NCBI GenBank assembly: GCA_040387495.1
Contig: JAZKDQ010000001.1
Coordinates: 62,001-126,000 of the forward strand
Length of the DNA: 64,000 nt
From: Pseudomonadota bacterium
GTDB taxonomy: Bacteria > Pseudomonadota > Alphaproteobacteria > Paracaedibacterales > CAIOTO01
Direction of reading: 5' to 3'
Shown: positions 29,491-41,744 of the stretch, piece after piece
Position numbering within the stretch: position 1 is the first letter of the stretch
How the letters are laid out: each line of letters starts with the position of its first letter
Program-made: the position numbers and the translations under genes
The notes under the pieces: generated by a model
Seen by the model: the letters and a program-made list of their open reading frames with translations, nothing else
What the model was told of the DNA's origin: nothing
Database searches by the model: none

Positions 29491-30741
29491 TCATTTTCTA
29501 GAAATAGTTAAAAGTGGTAATAAAAACAACCATGTTGCCCACCACCAAGATTGCCAAAAACCAATACTAAAAAGTATAATCATCATATTTGATGTAAAAA
29601 AGGCAAACGCGACTTTACGTGCCGGTGTTTGAAGCTGTCTGATTTTCTCAATGAGGAAAACAAGCAATGCTGTCCACCAAAGCACACCAATAAGACCAGA
29701 TTCTAACCACCATTGTAAAATTACATTATGTGGGTGGTTTGGAATTTGTTTTCCAACAATTGGGTTTTGAAGCGTGCCTTCTCCGTTTTTAAATTCATAA
29801 TAAAAAGGTTTTGTAATAAATTGCCCCCCGACTTCATCTTGTGTGCCAGCATTAAGGCCAAAACCAACCCAAGGGCGTTCCATAATTTTTTGGCTGGTAT
29901 ATTGCCAAACATGAAGCCGATGAATGTAGCTATAGGAATGAAGAACTTTGTTGATTTCATAAATATTCTTATCTGTAAGAAATATATTAAAAATAAATGG
30001 AAGGCTTAGGCATATAATGAGGACTTTTGCTTGGATAAAACGCCAAAATAATTTGGATTCAATGGATGCTATACCATAGGCACATAGACTTAGAAGTAAG
30101 CTTACGATTGCAGTATCACAATCCAAAATAGGCATGATGACCATGAGAATTGCGCAGAAAATCCCAACTTTCCAGAAAGGTTGATTATAAAGTACTGGCC
30201 ATATAGCAATAGATATGGTCATCCCAACTTTTGATAAAACTAATGCACGGTTTTTTCCAATTTTTTCAGCTGAAGCAACTAGCAGGCTCCCACAAAAACA
30301 ATCAATGATAATAATTAGGCAGCAAACAACGATGCCATAAAAAAGAAAGTTGTGTAGTTTTAAAGTTGTTGAAGTGTGTTTATGGTTGTGAAGTGCATGC
30401 CACCATAAAAAACCACCTGTTAACATGCTACATACTTGCAGCTCAATAAAATGATCCCCATATGGTCTGAAAAAATCAAAAAAAGTAATAAAGATAAGTC
30501 CATAGTTTAAATAGAGTTCGAATGAAGATTTTGGTTTTATTTGATTTATAATTATTTGATTAACATCAAGCGGTGTCCATAATTTTCGTAAATATGAGAT
30601 TGACCAAATGCCCGATAATGTAAGAATAACTACGGCGTATCGTTGAAAAAATAAAACAAGCGGACACAGGATAAATATAAGAACAGCTGGAATATACCGG
30701 TCAAATGGTATGTTCTTAAATGATTGGCACGATAGTTGCAT
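29491..30741 (-). CDS. O-antigen ligase family membrane protein
   Basis: S..HRLHVW, ERPWVGFG, HPHNVILQWWLESGLIG, WQSWW. Confidence 0.85.
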   Translation of the reverse strand: MQLSCQSFKNIPFDRYIPAVLIFILCPLVLFFQRYAVVILTLSGIWSISYLRKLWTPLDVNQIIINQIKPKSSFELYLNYGLIFITFFDFFRPYGDHFIELQVCSMLTGGFLWWHALHNHKHTSTTLKLHNFLFYGIVVCCLIIIIDCFCGSLLVASAEKIGKNRALVLSKVGMTISIAIWPVLYNQPFWKVGIFCAILMVIMPILDCDTAIVSLLLSLCAYGIASIESKLFWRFIQAKVLIICLSLPFIFNIFLTDKNIYEINKVLHSYSYIHRLHVWQYTSQKIMERPWVGFGLNAGTQDEVGGQFITKPFYYEFKNGEGTLQNPIVGKQIPNHPHNVILQWWLESGLIGVLWWTALLVFLIEKIRQLQTPARKVAFAFFTSNMMIILFSIGFWQSWWWATWLFLLPLLTISRK

Positions 30742-30779
30742 ATGAGCTCTGTAGATGTTCTATATAGGGTCACTTTGAC

Positions 30780-31553
30780 ATGTCTGATCTTTTAAGTAAA
30801 TTAAAAGTTGTTGTTCCAAACCCAAAGGTTTCTGTGCAAAAGCCAAATATTATTTTGCTATCACTTCAAAAAATTCAAGAAGAACAATTGAGTGTTTCTT
30901 CGCAAAATATGGCGAACGCAATGCATGCAGGTTTTAAGGGCTTTATTTTATCATCTCAAGAATGTGTTTATAAAACGAATGATAAGAAAAAGGTTTCATA
31001 CGTTAAATCTGCTGGTATGACGCGGGATTTATCAGATGGTGCGTTAAATATGACGCGTAATCCATTGGATTTTGCATTGTCGGGGCCTGGTTATTTTATG
31101 GTTCAGACTGCAAATGGAAAGCGTTACACGCGAAATGGTCGATTCACGTTAGATAAAGAAAGCCGATTGACCACATCTTCAGGACAGCCTGTATTAAGTC
31201 AAACAGGAAGTGAAATCATAATTCCCAAAGATATTCAATACTTCACGGTATCTCGTGATGGCACGATGTTTATTAACGGTAATAAGGCCGGAAAACTTGG
31301 CGTGGTCGAGTTTAAGAATGAGCAAGCCATGCGTCTTGAGGGATCAAGTCTTTTATCAAGTAAAGAAGATGGAACGCCAGGAATAAAAGGGCTTATCACA
31401 CAAGGTGCTTTTGAAGAATCAAATGTATCAGTGATGGATGTAAGCATTAAATTAATTAATATAATGCATAGATTTGAAGAAGCTCAATTGTTAATAAAGC
31501 AATATGAAGAACTACAGAAACAGACAATGAATGCTTCTGCTAAGAATGTGTAG
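30780..31553 (+). CDS. flgF: Flagellar basal-body rod protein FlgF
   Basis: NMANA...GFK, T.NPLDFALSGPGYF.V, YTRNGRF, QG..EESNV; precedes flgG. Confidence 0.85.
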   Translation: MSDLLSKLKVVVPNPKVSVQKPNIILLSLQKIQEEQLSVSSQNMANAMHAGFKGFILSSQECVYKTNDKKKVSYVKSAGMTRDLSDGALNMTRNPLDFALSGPGYFMVQTANGKRYTRNGRFTLDKESRLTTSSGQPVLSQTGSEIIIPKDIQYFTVSRDGTMFINGNKAGKLGVVEFKNEQAMRLEGSSLLSSKEDGTPGIKGLITQGAFEESNVSVMDVSIKLINIMHRFEEAQLLIKQYEELQKQTMNASAKNV

Positions 31554-31586
31554 ATAATTTAAAATAGGATTTTCAAAGGTTTTTTT

Positions 31587-32387
31587 ATGAGTATTAATAA
31601 CGCATTTCATGTGGCACGAACTGGCCTTCAGATGGCTGAAAAGAATCTTGGTGTAAAAGCGATGAACATCGCTGGTCAAAATGCCGATGGTTATAAAAAG
31701 CAATATATGATTACTCTCGACCTACCTTATATAGATCAAGGTGGAGTTGGTACAAGTACGTCTAATAACAATACAATTTCACCTACTGGTACGCAGATTG
31801 GTCTGGGTGTTCAGTCGGGAGGTATTTATCGTGATTTTTCACAAGGTGAGAGTATTCAAACGAGTAACTTTTTGGATGTAATGGTAGATGGAGAAGGTTT
31901 CTTCCAAGTCACTATGCCTGATGGAAGCACAGCTTACTCACGTGTTGGTGCATTTCAATTAAGTCCAAATAATGAAATTGTGATGCCTAAAACTGGCTAT
32001 GTAGTCGCACCAGGTATTACGTTGCCAACAGGAACAACAGATGTATCAATCAATGCTCAGGGTCAAGTCTATGCTAAGGTCTCTGGTTCCACTGCTCAGG
32101 TGCTAGTTGGACAATTCCAGCTGGCTACATTTTTTAATACATCAGGCTTAAAGGCAATTGGTGATTCCATGTTTCAGGAAACGCCTGCATCAGGTACGCC
32201 GGATGTTGGTGTTCCAGGTTCAAGTCGACGCGGTAATATTAAGCAAGGCTGGCGTGAAGGCGCAAACGTTAATGCGGTTGAAGAAATGACTGATCTAATA
32301 AAGATTGAAAAAATATATGACATGCTCACTAAAATTCTTAAAACAGGTGATGCCATGATGACGGCTGCTACAAGTGTTGGGCGTTAA
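31587..32387 (+). CDS. flgG: Flagellar basal-body rod protein FlgG
   Basis: PTG.QIGLGV, GEGFFQV.MPDG..AYSR.GAF, GLKAIG...FQETPASG. Confidence 0.92.
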   Translation: MSINNAFHVARTGLQMAEKNLGVKAMNIAGQNADGYKKQYMITLDLPYIDQGGVGTSTSNNNTISPTGTQIGLGVQSGGIYRDFSQGESIQTSNFLDVMVDGEGFFQVTMPDGSTAYSRVGAFQLSPNNEIVMPKTGYVVAPGITLPTGTTDVSINAQGQVYAKVSGSTAQVLVGQFQLATFFNTSGLKAIGDSMFQETPASGTPDVGVPGSSRRGNIKQGWREGANVNAVEEMTDLIKIEKIYDMLTKILKTGDAMMTAATSVGR

Positions 32388-32409
32388 TTTTTAAATAGGA
32401 TTGTAATTC

Positions 32410-33123
32410 ATGATGAAGTTATTACGTTGTATCATTTTTGTATTATCATTTTTTATTGAAGTTGAAGTAAACGCAGAGGCATTTACAAAAATATCAGTAG
32501 AAAAAGCACTTGTTGCGGAAATTATGCAAAAAGTATCATTTGCTGATTTTGAAGCGATAGTCGATACGTGGCAAACAGGTTGGGCAATTTCTAAGGGTGA
32601 TAAATCCCTAAATATTATTGAGCTTAGCGTGACACCCGATCAGAAACGATTCAATGCTGTCGTTGCATGGGGTGATCCAACAAAAGGTGGCATCATAAAG
32701 AAAATTTCTGGCAAAATTCAAAAATTTCTGATGCTTCCTATTTTGTCTTCTCCAATTGGTCAAAAAACGGCAATTAACGAATCACACATTTCATATGTTC
32801 GTTTTGCTGATGATCAGGTGAATCCAGGAATGGCCTTAAGAAAAGAAGATATTGTGGGTAAGTTTTTGAAGGCAGGTCGTTCTCTCCAGTTTGATAAGCC
32901 GTTACAAATGACGGATTTAGAAGTGCCAATTCTCATTCGAAAGGGCGATGAAGTTCGAGTGAAATATGTAGATCGCTTTTTTGAGATTTCTATTGCAGCT
33001 ATTGCAAAAAATAATGGGTGCGCAGGTGAAAAAATATCGTTTGAAGTGGGCACTGAAAAAAAGAAGACTATTCAAGCCACTGTGCTTGCTGCCGGTCGAG
33101 CAGAGATTAGAGAGAGCTTATGA
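32410..33123 (+). CDS. flgA: Flagellar P-ring chaperone FlgA
   Basis: SAF-like region, PILIRKGDEV.V, A...G..GE.I; between flgG and flgH. Confidence 0.75.
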   Translation: MMKLLRCIIFVLSFFIEVEVNAEAFTKISVEKALVAEIMQKVSFADFEAIVDTWQTGWAISKGDKSLNIIELSVTPDQKRFNAVVAWGDPTKGGIIKKISGKIQKFLMLPILSSPIGQKTAINESHISYVRFADDQVNPGMALRKEDIVGKFLKAGRSLQFDKPLQMTDLEVPILIRKGDEVRVKYVDRFFEISIAAIAKNNGCAGEKISFEVGTEKKKTIQATVLAAGRAEIRESL

Positions 33124-33887
33124 AAAATGCATGTGCATTAATAGCATTGCTGATGCTCACAGGTTGTAATCTGGCAGAAAAACTATCGACTATAGGTGAG
33201 CCGCCTGAACTTAGTCAAATTCAAGATCCCACACGTGTGAAGGGATATCAGCCAGTCAGCATGCCAATGCCAACTCCGACAGTGATGCGTGCCGAGCATG
33301 GACCATCTTTATGGGAAGCTGGATCACGTGCGTTTTTTAAAGATCAACGTGCGGGAAAAGTTGGTGATGTGATAACCGTTGAAATTGCAATTGATCAATC
33401 AGAATCGATTGAAATGACACCAAGTATTGAGCGAAATAGTTCAGGTTCTGCAACAGTGACAAGCGCTTTAGGTCTAGAACGCAAAGCGGAGAAGTTTTTT
33501 CCTGCAAAGCAACGTTCAAGAGATCAGATTAGAAATGATGATCCTAATCCAAATTGGCTTAGTGTAGGTTCAAATCCAAAACTTTCAGGCACTTCTAAAT
33601 ATAACGTAAATGATAAAATGAAATTTAAAATAGCTGCAACCGTTTTGCAGATCTTGCCGAATGGAAATATGGTTATTGCTGGACGTCAAGAAATTCGTTT
33701 GGTGAATGAGATTCGGGAAATTCAAGTAAAAGGCATTATACGCCGAGAGGATATTTCTGCGTCGAATTTAATTAATGGCGAAAAAATATCTGAATTGAGA
33801 ATTTCCTATGGCGGACGTGGTGAATTGACTGATATGCAGACATTCCCATGGGGGCAACAGGTCATGAATAAGATTTTGCCGTTTTAA
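33120..33887 (+). CDS. flgH: Flagellar L-ring lipoprotein FlgH
   Basis: Lipobox LTGC; SLW..GSRAFFKDQRA..VGDVITV; LPNGNM.I.G.QEIR; ISYGGRG. Confidence 0.95.
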   Translation: MKNACALIALLMLTGCNLAEKLSTIGEPPELSQIQDPTRVKGYQPVSMPMPTPTVMRAEHGPSLWEAGSRAFFKDQRAGKVGDVITVEIAIDQSESIEMTPSIERNSSGSATVTSALGLERKAEKFFPAKQRSRDQIRNDDPNPNWLSVGSNPKLSGTSKYNVNDKMKFKIAATVLQILPNGNMVIAGRQEIRLVNEIREIQVKGIIRREDISASNLINGEKISELRISYGGRGELTDMQTFPWGQQVMNKILPF

Positions 33888-34064
33888 AAATTAATTATCC
33901 CATAATCATCTTTTAACGTTGAAATAATTTGCAATTTTATTTTTTTGCACTATATTAAATTTATAGAAAAGCGATCAAATACATTATGTATAATGTTCTG
34001 AGCGTCACAATGAATTGGCTTTCTTTTGCCTTCGTTATTCCTTCGAAAAAGGCTGATGAAACTC

Positions 34065-34093
34065 TTGACTTTTCTCGCCTAGTAAATTAGTAT
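34065..34093 (+). promoter_or_regulatory. Putative sigma70 promoter of the str operon
   Basis: TTGACT-17 nt-TAGTAT upstream of rpsL. Confidence 0.6.
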
Positions 34094-34146
34094 CCATATA
34101 AATGTTTAAAGCTATGTCTTGTTAAGACAAGAAACCAGAGATCGTA

Positions 34147-34518
34147 ATGCCAACAATTAATCAGTTAATACGTAAGCCACGTACACCAAAAACTGTGCGA
34201 AACAAGGTTCCTGCGTTGGAAGCTTGCCCACAACGTCGTGGAGTTTGTACTCGTGTGTTTACAACAACGCCAAAGAAGCCAAACTCGGCTTTGCGTAAAG
34301 TTGCCCGTATCCGCTTGACGAATGGGTTTGAAGTAACAGGGTATATCCCAGGCGAAGGCCATAACTTACAGGAGCACTCTGTCGTAATGATTAGAGGCGG
34401 TCGTGTAAAGGACTTGCCAGGTGTCCGTTATCACATTGTACGTGGTGCGTTGGATACCCAGGGTGTTAAGAATCGTAAGCAATCGCGCTCAAAGTATGGT
34501 GCGAAAAAACCAAAGTAA
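34147..34518 (+). CDS. rpsL: 30S ribosomal protein S12
   Basis: [29 protein letters not shown]. Confidence 0.99.
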   Translation: MPTINQLIRKPRTPKTVRNKVPALEACPQRRGVCTRVFTTTPKKPNSALRKVARIRLTNGFEVTGYIPGEGHNLQEHSVVMIRGGRVKDLPGVRYHIVRGALDTQGVKNRKQSRSKYGAKKPK

Positions 34519-34571
34519 ATTTAAGTTCGTTTAAAGTGATCTTTTAAAAGTTAAAGTAAAGGAAATAGTGC

Positions 34572-35042
34572 ATGTCACGACGTAGAGCCGCCGTAAAACG
34601 CGAATGCTTGCCGGATGCTAAATTTGGCGACACAATTTTGGCAAAATTCATGAATTGCCTTATGTATCAAGGAAAAAAATCAGTAGCTGAAGCTATTGTT
34701 TATGGTGCCCTTGACCGCATTCAAATCAAGGTTGGGAAAAGCCCGGTTGAGGTTTTTCATGAAGGAATGAATAATGTGAGGCCAGCGCTTGAAGTTCGTT
34801 CGCGTCGTGTTGGTGGCGCAACGTACCAAGTTCCAACAGAGGTTCGTCACGACAGGTCTCAGGCTCTTGCAATTCGTTGGTTGATTATTGCTGCACGTAA
34901 GCGCTCTGAAAAAACAATGGAAGAACGTTTGTCTGCTGAATTTTTGGATGCATCGAATAATCGTGGCGCTGCTGTTAAAAAACGTGAAGACACACACAAG
35001 ATGGCTGAAGCAAACCGTGCTTTTGCTCATTACCGCTGGTAA
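34572..35042 (+). CDS. rpsG: 30S ribosomal protein S7
   Basis: [26 protein letters not shown]. Confidence 0.99.
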   Translation: MSRRRAAVKRECLPDAKFGDTILAKFMNCLMYQGKKSVAEAIVYGALDRIQIKVGKSPVEVFHEGMNNVRPALEVRSRRVGGATYQVPTEVRHDRSQALAIRWLIIAARKRSEKTMEERLSAEFLDASNNRGAAVKKREDTHKMAEANRAFAHYRW

Positions 35043-35058
35043 GTAGAGGATAGCCATC

Positions 35059-37140
35059 ATGTCAGAGTCAAAAAAAGTTCCGTTAAGCATGTACCGTAAT
35101 ATCGGTATTATGGCGCATATCGATGCAGGTAAGACAACAACTACCGAGCGCGTCCTTTACTATACTGGAAAATCCTACAAAATTGGTGAAGTTCATGAAG
35201 GCACTGCCGTCATGGACTGGATGGAGCAAGAGCAAGAACGTGGTATTACAATTACCTCGGCTGCTACAACTTGTTTCTGGAATGATCACCGTATTAACAT
35301 TATTGATACTCCAGGCCACGTTGACTTCACAATTGAAGTTGAGCGTAGCCTTCGTGTGCTTGATGGTGCTGTTGCTGTGTTTGATGGTGTTGCTGGTGTT
35401 GAGCCGCAATCCGAAACTGTATGGCGTCAAGCTGACAAGTATCATGTTCCTCGTATTTGTTTTGTGAACAAGCTTGATCGTATTGGTGCGGATTTCTTCC
35501 GTTGTGTTGATATGATTGAAGACCGTCTTGGTGCACGTCCTCTCGTATTACAATTACCAATCGGTTCAGAAGCAGATTTTATAGGGCTTATCGACCTTGT
35601 TGAAATGAATGCTATTATCTGGCGTGATGAAAGCCTTGGCGCAAAATTTGATATCACCGAAATTCCAGCTGATTTACAAGAAAAAGCAAACGATTATCGT
35701 AAGCGTTTGGTTGAGATGGCTGTTGAGTCAGATGACGTTGTTTTAGAAGCATATCTTGATGGGACTGAACCAACAGCAGATCAATTGCGTTCATGTATTC
35801 GTAAAGGGACCTTAAAGGGTCTTTATGTGCCAGTTGTAACTGGAAGTGCGTTTAAAAATAAAGGCGTTCAGCCTCTGCTTGATGCTGTTGTTTCATACTT
35901 GCCTTCACCGCTCGATATTGGTGAAATTGTGGGCACAGAAGTTGATTCTGACGTTGAGATAATTCGTAAACCAGATGAGAACGAGCCACTATCTGCACTT
36001 GCTTTTAAAATTATGACAGATCCATTCGTTGGTTCAATTACCTTCGTTCGTATTTATGCTGGCAAACTTGAATCAGGTTCAATGATTTTGAATTCCACAA
36101 AAGATAAAAAAGAACGTATTGGTCGTATCTTGCTTATGCACTCAAATAATCGTGAAGATATTAAAGAAGCAGTGGCAGGTGACATCGTTGCGTTGTGTGG
36201 TTTGAAATTAACGACAACTGGTGATACACTTTGTGATTCTAACAAGCCAATCGTTCTCGAAAAAATGGAGTTCCCAGAACCTGTTATTGAAATTGCAATT
36301 GAACCAAAAACAAAAGCTGACCAAGAAAAAATGGGTCTAGCATTAAATCGTTTGGTATCTGAAGATCCTTCATTCCGCGTAACTACTGACCAAGAAACAG
36401 GTCAGACTGTTATGAAAGGTATGGGCGAATTACATTTGGAAATCAAAGTTGATATCTTGCGCCGTGAATATAAAGTTGAAGCTAATATTGGTGCACCTCA
36501 AGTTGCGTACCGTGAAACAATTACGAAGGCTGCAGATGTTGATTACACGCATAAAAAACAATCGGGTGGTTCTGGTCAATTTGCGCGCGTTAAAATTACA
36601 TTCGAGCCACTTGAAGCAGGTTCAGGATTTGTGTTTGAAAATAAAGTCGTTGGTGGTTCCGTTCCTCGCGAATATATTCCAGGCGTTGAAAAGGGCTTAA
36701 AGTCTGCTCTTAGCACTGGTGTTGTTGCTGGTTATCCAATGATTGATTTCAAAGCGACGTTGACAGATGGTGCATACCATGACGTTGACTCGAGCACACT
36801 TGCATTCGAAATTGCCGCACGTGCTGCCTTCCGTGAAGGTATTACAAAATGCGGTCCTAAGATTCTTGAACCAATTATGAAGGTTGAAGTTGTCACACCA
36901 GAAGATTATATGGGGGACGTTATTGGAGACTTGAATAGCCGTCGCGGTCAAGTGACAGGTATGGATCAACGTGGTAATGCACGTGTGGTTAATGCCATGG
37001 TACCTCTGGCAAATATGTTCGGGTATGTAAGTACTTTACGTTCAATGAGCCAAGGTCGCGCACAAAACTCGATGTCTTTCGATCATTATGAGCAAGTTCC
37101 ACAGAACGTTGCTGAAGAAATCAAAGCAAAAGTAGCTTAA
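35059..37140 (+). CDS. fusA: Elongation factor G
   Basis: [28 protein letters not shown]. Confidence 0.99.
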   Translation: MSESKKVPLSMYRNIGIMAHIDAGKTTTTERVLYYTGKSYKIGEVHEGTAVMDWMEQEQERGITITSAATTCFWNDHRINIIDTPGHVDFTIEVERSLRVLDGAVAVFDGVAGVEPQSETVWRQADKYHVPRICFVNKLDRIGADFFRCVDMIEDRLGARPLVLQLPIGSEADFIGLIDLVEMNAIIWRDESLGAKFDITEIPADLQEKANDYRKRLVEMAVESDDVVLEAYLDGTEPTADQLRSCIRKGTLKGLYVPVVTGSAFKNKGVQPLLDAVVSYLPSPLDIGEIVGTEVDSDVEIIRKPDENEPLSALAFKIMTDPFVGSITFVRIYAGKLESGSMILNSTKDKKERIGRILLMHSNNREDIKEAVAGDIVALCGLKLTTTGDTLCDSNKPIVLEKMEFPEPVIEIAIEPKTKADQEKMGLALNRLVSEDPSFRVTTDQETGQTVMKGMGELHLEIKVDILRREYKVEANIGAPQVAYRETITKAADVDYTHKKQSGGSGQFARVKITFEPLEAGSGFVFENKVVGGSVPREYIPGVEKGLKSALSTGVVAGYPMIDFKATLTDGAYHDVDSSTLAFEIAARAAFREGITKCGPKILEPIMKVEVVTPEDYMGDVIGDLNSRRGQVTGMDQRGNARVVNAMVPLANMFGYVSTLRSMSQGRAQNSMSFDHYEQVPQNVAEEIKAKVA

Positions 37141-37160
37141 GTTAATTTAGGGGATACACA

Positions 37161-38351
37161 ATGACAAAAGCAAAATTTGAGCGGAATAAGCCGCACTGCA
37201 ATATTGGAACCATTGGCCACGTTGACCATGGTAAAACATCACTGACTGCTGCAATTACAAAGATTCTCGCTGAATCCGGCGGCGCTAAATTTATGGCTTA
37301 CGATCAAATCGATAAAGCACCAGAAGAAAAAGCACGTGGAATCACGATTTCCACAGCACACGTTGAATATGAAACAGTGAATCGTCACTATGCACACGTT
37401 GACTGTCCAGGACACGCTGACTATGTAAAGAACATGATTACAGGTGCTGCACAGATGGATGGAGCTATTTTGGTTGTGTCAGCTGCTGACGGCCCAATGC
37501 CTCAGACACGTGAGCACATCTTGCTTGCACGTCAGGTTGGTGTTCCTGCACTTGTTGTATTTATGAATAAAATTGACCAAGTTGACGACGAAGAGTTGGC
37601 TGAATTGGTTGAGATGGAAATCCGTGAACTTCTTTCATCTTATGGCTTCCCAGGCGATGATATCCCTGTGATTCGTGGTTCAGCACTCTGTGCATTGGAA
37701 GACCGCGATCCAGCTAAAGGTCGTGATGCAATTTTGAAATTGATGGCAGCTGTTGATGAGTATATTCCACAACCAGAACGTGTTATTGATAAGCCATTTT
37801 TGATGCCAATCGAAGACGTGTTCTCGATTTCAGGTCGTGGTACCGTTGTAACAGGTCGTGTTGAACGTGGTATCATTAACGTTGGTAACGAAGCTGAAAT
37901 CGTTGGTATTCGTGATACGACAAAGACAATTGTAACGGGTGTTGAAATGTTCCGTAAGCTTCTTGATCAAGGTCAAGCGGGTGATAACATTGGTGCATTG
38001 CTTCGTGGTACAAAACGTGAAGATGTTGAACGTGGTCAAGTATTGGCTGCTCCTGGTTCAATTAAACCACACACAAGTTTTGAAGCTGAAGCATATATTT
38101 TGACAAAAGAAGAAGGTGGTCGTCATACACCATTTTTCACAAACTATCGTCCACAATTCTACTTCCGTACGACAGACGTTACGGGTACTGTAGATTTGAA
38201 AGAAGGCGTTGAGATGGTTATGCCTGGCGATAACGTAAGCGTTGTTGTTAACTTAATCGCTCCGATCGCAATGGATGAAGGACTTCGTTTTGCGATTCGT
38301 GAAGGTGGTCGTACCGTTGGTGCGGGTGTTGTTGCGAAGATTTTGAAATAA
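37161..38351 (+). CDS. tuf: Elongation factor Tu
   Basis: [33 protein letters not shown]. Confidence 0.99.
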   Translation: MTKAKFERNKPHCNIGTIGHVDHGKTSLTAAITKILAESGGAKFMAYDQIDKAPEEKARGITISTAHVEYETVNRHYAHVDCPGHADYVKNMITGAAQMDGAILVVSAADGPMPQTREHILLARQVGVPALVVFMNKIDQVDDEELAELVEMEIRELLSSYGFPGDDIPVIRGSALCALEDRDPAKGRDAILKLMAAVDEYIPQPERVIDKPFLMPIEDVFSISGRGTVVTGRVERGIINVGNEAEIVGIRDTTKTIVTGVEMFRKLLDQGQAGDNIGALLRGTKREDVERGQVLAAPGSIKPHTSFEAEAYILTKEEGGRHTPFFTNYRPQFYFRTTDVTGTVDLKEGVEMVMPGDNVSVVVNLIAPIAMDEGLRFAIREGGRTVGAGVVAKILK

Positions 38352-38370
38352 TAGAAAGCGAGACTAAGGC

Positions 38371-38679
38371 ATGGAAAACCAAGCAATCCGGATTCGCCTT
38401 CAAGCATACGATCATCGTCTGCTTGATATATCAGTCCGCGAAATTGTAAATACTGCTAAGAGAACAGGGGCACAAGTCCGTGGCCCAATTCCCTTGCCAA
38501 CGCGCATTCAGCGTTATACAGTGAATCGTTCTCCTCATATTGACAAAAAGTCACGTGAGCAGTTTGAAATACGGACACACAAGCGATTACTCGATATTAT
38601 CGATTGGTTGCCACAAACGGTTGATGCTTTAATGAAGCTCGACTTGGCAGCCGGCGTTGATGTTGAAATCAAACTTTAA
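38371..38679 (+). CDS. rpsJ: 30S ribosomal protein S10
   Basis: [20 protein letters not shown]. Confidence 0.99.
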   Translation: MENQAIRIRLQAYDHRLLDISVREIVNTAKRTGAQVRGPIPLPTRIQRYTVNRSPHIDKKSREQFEIRTHKRLLDIIDWLPQTVDALMKLDLAAGVDVEIKL

Positions 38680-38688
38680 GGAAAAACC

Positions 38689-39348
38689 ATGAGATCAGGT
38701 TTAATTGCTGAAAAAATTGGTATGACCCAGGTTTTTGATAACGATGGGACTCAAGTACCAGTTACCGTGTTGAAGGTATCACCTTGCACGGTCATTGAAC
38801 GAAAAATGCAAGACGTTCACGGATATGATGCAGTTCAATTAGGGACACGAGAAGTGGCCCCAAATAAACTAGCAAAACCGCAACGTGAATATTTTGCAAA
38901 AAAGAATATTGCTCCTTGTAAGATGTTGAAGGAGTTCCGTGTGTCTCCTGATAATCTTCTCGAAGTGGGAACATTAATAGAAGCAGGTCATTTTGAATCA
39001 GGCCAGTTTGTTGATGTTACAGGTACGTCACTTGGTAAAGGTTTTGCTGGTGCGATGAAACGTCATAACTTTGGTGGGCTACGTGCCAGCCATGGTGTTT
39101 CTGTTTCTCACCGTAGTCATGGTTCTACCGGTAACCGTCAAGATCCAGGTAAGGTCTTCAAAAACAAGAAGATGGCCGGACATATGGGTCATGTACGTGT
39201 TACAAAGTTGAATCTAAAAGTGCACTCAATCGATGCAGAGCGTGGTCTTATCTATATTAAAGGTAGCGTTCCTGGTTCAAAGAGTGGTATAGTTTACGTT
39301 CGCGATGCCATTAAAAAGGCCGCTCGGCTTAAGGATGTAGTGGCATGA
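38689..39348 (+). CDS. rplC: 50S ribosomal protein L3
   Basis: [26 protein letters not shown]. Confidence 0.99.
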   Translation: MRSGLIAEKIGMTQVFDNDGTQVPVTVLKVSPCTVIERKMQDVHGYDAVQLGTREVAPNKLAKPQREYFAKKNIAPCKMLKEFRVSPDNLLEVGTLIEAGHFESGQFVDVTGTSLGKGFAGAMKRHNFGGLRASHGVSVSHRSHGSTGNRQDPGKVFKNKKMAGHMGHVRVTKLNLKVHSIDAERGLIYIKGSVPGSKSGIVYVRDAIKKAARLKDVVA

Positions 39349-39965
39349 AACTTAGTGTATTAGATAAAAATAATGTTGTTAAAGAAGAAATCGAAATCAA
39401 TGATGCGATTTTTTCAATAGAGCCACGTACTGATATTATGTCACGTGTTGTGCACTGGCAGCTTTCAAAGCGTCAGCAAGGAACACACGCAACAAAAAGT
39501 CGTTCGTTTGTAAGCGGTTCAACAAAGAAAATAGTGAAACAAAAAGGTTCTGGTGGAGCACGTCACGGTTCAAAACGTGGTGCGCAATTCCGGGGTGGTG
39601 GTATCATATTTGGTCCAGTTCCACATAGCCATGCGTATTCATTACCAAAAAAAGTTCGCGCGCTTGGTCTGAGAATGGCTTTGTCAGCAAAAGCTCTTGC
39701 CGGTAATCTTACAATTCTTGAATCATTTGAGATGGATAATGCAAAGACAAAAGAAGCTTTAAAGCGCTTTTCAAACTTAGGAGCAAATTCAGCACTCTTT
39801 ATTGATGGTGAATCTGTTAATCCTGGTTTGTCTTTGGCAGTATCAAACATTATTGGTATGGATGCGCTTCCACAGATTGGTGCAAACGTATATGATATTT
39901 TACGTAAGGAAAAGCTAGTGATTAGTGTTGCTGGTATCCGTGCGTTAGAAGAGAGGTTGAAATGA
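39345..39965 (+). CDS. rplD: 50S ribosomal protein L4
   Basis: [19 protein letters not shown]. Confidence 0.99.
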   Translation: MKLSVLDKNNVVKEEIEINDAIFSIEPRTDIMSRVVHWQLSKRQQGTHATKSRSFVSGSTKKIVKQKGSGGARHGSKRGAQFRGGGIIFGPVPHSHAYSLPKKVRALGLRMALSAKALAGNLTILESFEMDNAKTKEALKRFSNLGANSALFIDGESVNPGLSLAVSNIIGMDALPQIGANVYDILRKEKLVISVAGIRALEERLK

Positions 39966-40267
39966 GTAATCAACACACAAAGCTAGCGCATTTTGATATA
40001 ATTCGCAGCCCAATTTTGACGGAGAAGTCTAACCTTTTGACAACTCATAATCAATATTTCTTTAATGTTTCTTTAACGGCATCAAAGCCTGAAATTAAGG
40101 AAGCTTTTGAAGCAGTATTTGGTGTTGAAGTTAAGAGTGTTAATACACTTATTCGTAAAGGCAAACAACGTATTTTCCGTGGCCGTCGTGGTAAACAAAA
40201 CGACGTTAAGAAGGCAATGATCTCTCTTAAAGCAGGCCAACGGATTGATGTGGCGACAGGGGTATAA
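39962..40267 (+). CDS. rplW: 50S ribosomal protein L23
   Basis: PILTEKS, K.EIK.A.E..FGV.V..VNT. Confidence 0.98.
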   Translation: MSNQHTKLAHFDIIRSPILTEKSNLLTTHNQYFFNVSLTASKPEIKEAFEAVFGVEVKSVNTLIRKGKQRIFRGRRGKQNDVKKAMISLKAGQRIDVATGV

Positions 40268-40269
40268 CG

Positions 40270-41097
40270 ATGGCACTAAAGAATTATAAGCCAACCACGC
40301 CAGGACAACGTCAATTGGTTAATATTGATCGTTCTGGACTTTGGAAGGGTGAACCACTCAAAGCTTTGACTTTTGGTTTGCGTAAATCAGGTGGTCGTAA
40401 CCATCATGGTCGCACAACAAACTGGAATACAGGTGGCGGACATAAACGTCGCTACAGAATCATTGACTTTATTCGTAATAAGTACGATATTGATGGAGTA
40501 GTTGAACGGATCGAGTATGATCCGAATCGTTCTTCTTTCATTGCATTAATCAAATACGAAGATGGTGAGCAACGCTATATTATTGCACCACAACGTTTGC
40601 AAGTCGGTGATAAAGTTATTGCTGCTGACAAAACAGACGTTAAGCCTGGCAACAGTATGTTATTACGTAATATGCCAATTGGTACTATTGTTCATAATAT
40701 TGAGATGAAAATTGGTAAAGGTGGGCAACTTGCTCGCTCTGCTGGTACATATGCACAAATTATGGGTCGTGATGCAAGTAATGTCATTGTAAAGCTTACT
40801 TCAGGTGAAGTTCGTCTTATTAAATCAGATTGCCGTGCGACGGTTGGTTCAGTTTCAAATCCGGATCACCAAAATCGTTCACATGGTAAGGCAGGTCGTA
40901 GTCGTTGGATGGGTATTCGACCAACAGTACGTGGTGTTGCAATGAACCCGATCGATCACCCACATGGTGGTGGTGAAGGCCGTACATCCGGTGGACGTCA
41001 CCCAGTGACTCCATGGGGTAAAAAGACAAAGGGTAAGAAGACCCGGACAAACAAGCGTACGGATTCACAAATCGTCCGTCGCCGTAATAAGAAATAA
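40270..41097 (+). CDS. rplB: 50S ribosomal protein L2
   Basis: [20 protein letters not shown]. Confidence 0.99.
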   Translation: MALKNYKPTTPGQRQLVNIDRSGLWKGEPLKALTFGLRKSGGRNHHGRTTNWNTGGGHKRRYRIIDFIRNKYDIDGVVERIEYDPNRSSFIALIKYEDGEQRYIIAPQRLQVGDKVIAADKTDVKPGNSMLLRNMPIGTIVHNIEMKIGKGGQLARSAGTYAQIMGRDASNVIVKLTSGEVRLIKSDCRATVGSVSNPDHQNRSHGKAGRSRWMGIRPTVRGVAMNPIDHPHGGGEGRTSGGRHPVTPWGKKTKGKKTRTNKRTDSQIVRRRNKK

Positions 41098-41110
41098 GGA
41101 GTAATCAGAC

Positions 41111-41386
41111 GTGCCAAGGTCAGTTTGGAAGGGCCCGTTCTTTGATAGGTACCTGCTTAAAAAAGCAGCTACTGTAAAAGAGTCAGGGCGTAAAGACGTC
41201 ATTAAAACATGGTCACGACGTTCAACAATACTTCCGCAGTTTGTTGGTGTGACATTTGGCGTACATAACGGTCATAAATTCATCCCTGTTTTTGTTTCGG
41301 AAAACATGGTTGGTCATAAACTCGGTGAATTTGCACCTACTCGTACATATTACGGGCATGGCGCAGACAAGAAATCAAAGAGGTAG
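41111..41386 (+). CDS. rpsS: 30S ribosomal protein S19
   Basis: [19 protein letters not shown]. Confidence 0.99.
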   Translation: MPRSVWKGPFFDRYLLKKAATVKESGRKDVIKTWSRRSTILPQFVGVTFGVHNGHKFIPVFVSENMVGHKLGEFAPTRTYYGHGADKKSKR

Positions 41387-41393
41387 ATGATCC

Positions 41394-41744
41394 ATGTCAG
41401 AAACAAACGCAAAAGCAATTTTAAGCAATATTCGCGTCAGCCCTAGAAAGTTAAATCTTGTAGCCGCTGCAATTCGTGGGATGACTGCTGAGAAAGCAAT
41501 GACTTATTTAATGTTTTCTCGCAAACGTGTTGCGACAGATGTACGTAAGACACTAGCTTCAGCAATCGCAAATGCTGAAAACAATCATGGTCTAGATGTG
41601 GATCGTCTCGTAGTGAGTCATGCATACGTTGGCACAGGTATGAAGCTTCGTCGCTTTCAGGCCCGTGGGCGTGGTAAAGCAAGCTCAATTGAGAAGCCCT
41701 TTAGCCATTTGAGTATTGTTGTAGAAGAGAGAGGTCTTGATTAA
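41394..41744 (+). CDS. rplV: 50S ribosomal protein L22
   Basis: SPRKLNLVA, SAIANAENN. Confidence 0.99.
   Translation: MSETNAKAILSNIRVSPRKLNLVAAAIRGMTAEKAMTYLMFSRKRVATDVRKTLASAIANAENNHGLDVDRLVVSHAYVGTGMKLRRFQARGRGKASSIEKPFSHLSIVVEERGLD

Noticed and set aside
34147..34518. Possible streptomycin-resistance alleles in rpsL
   Set aside because: PKKPNS and RVKDLPG are the wild-type motifs.
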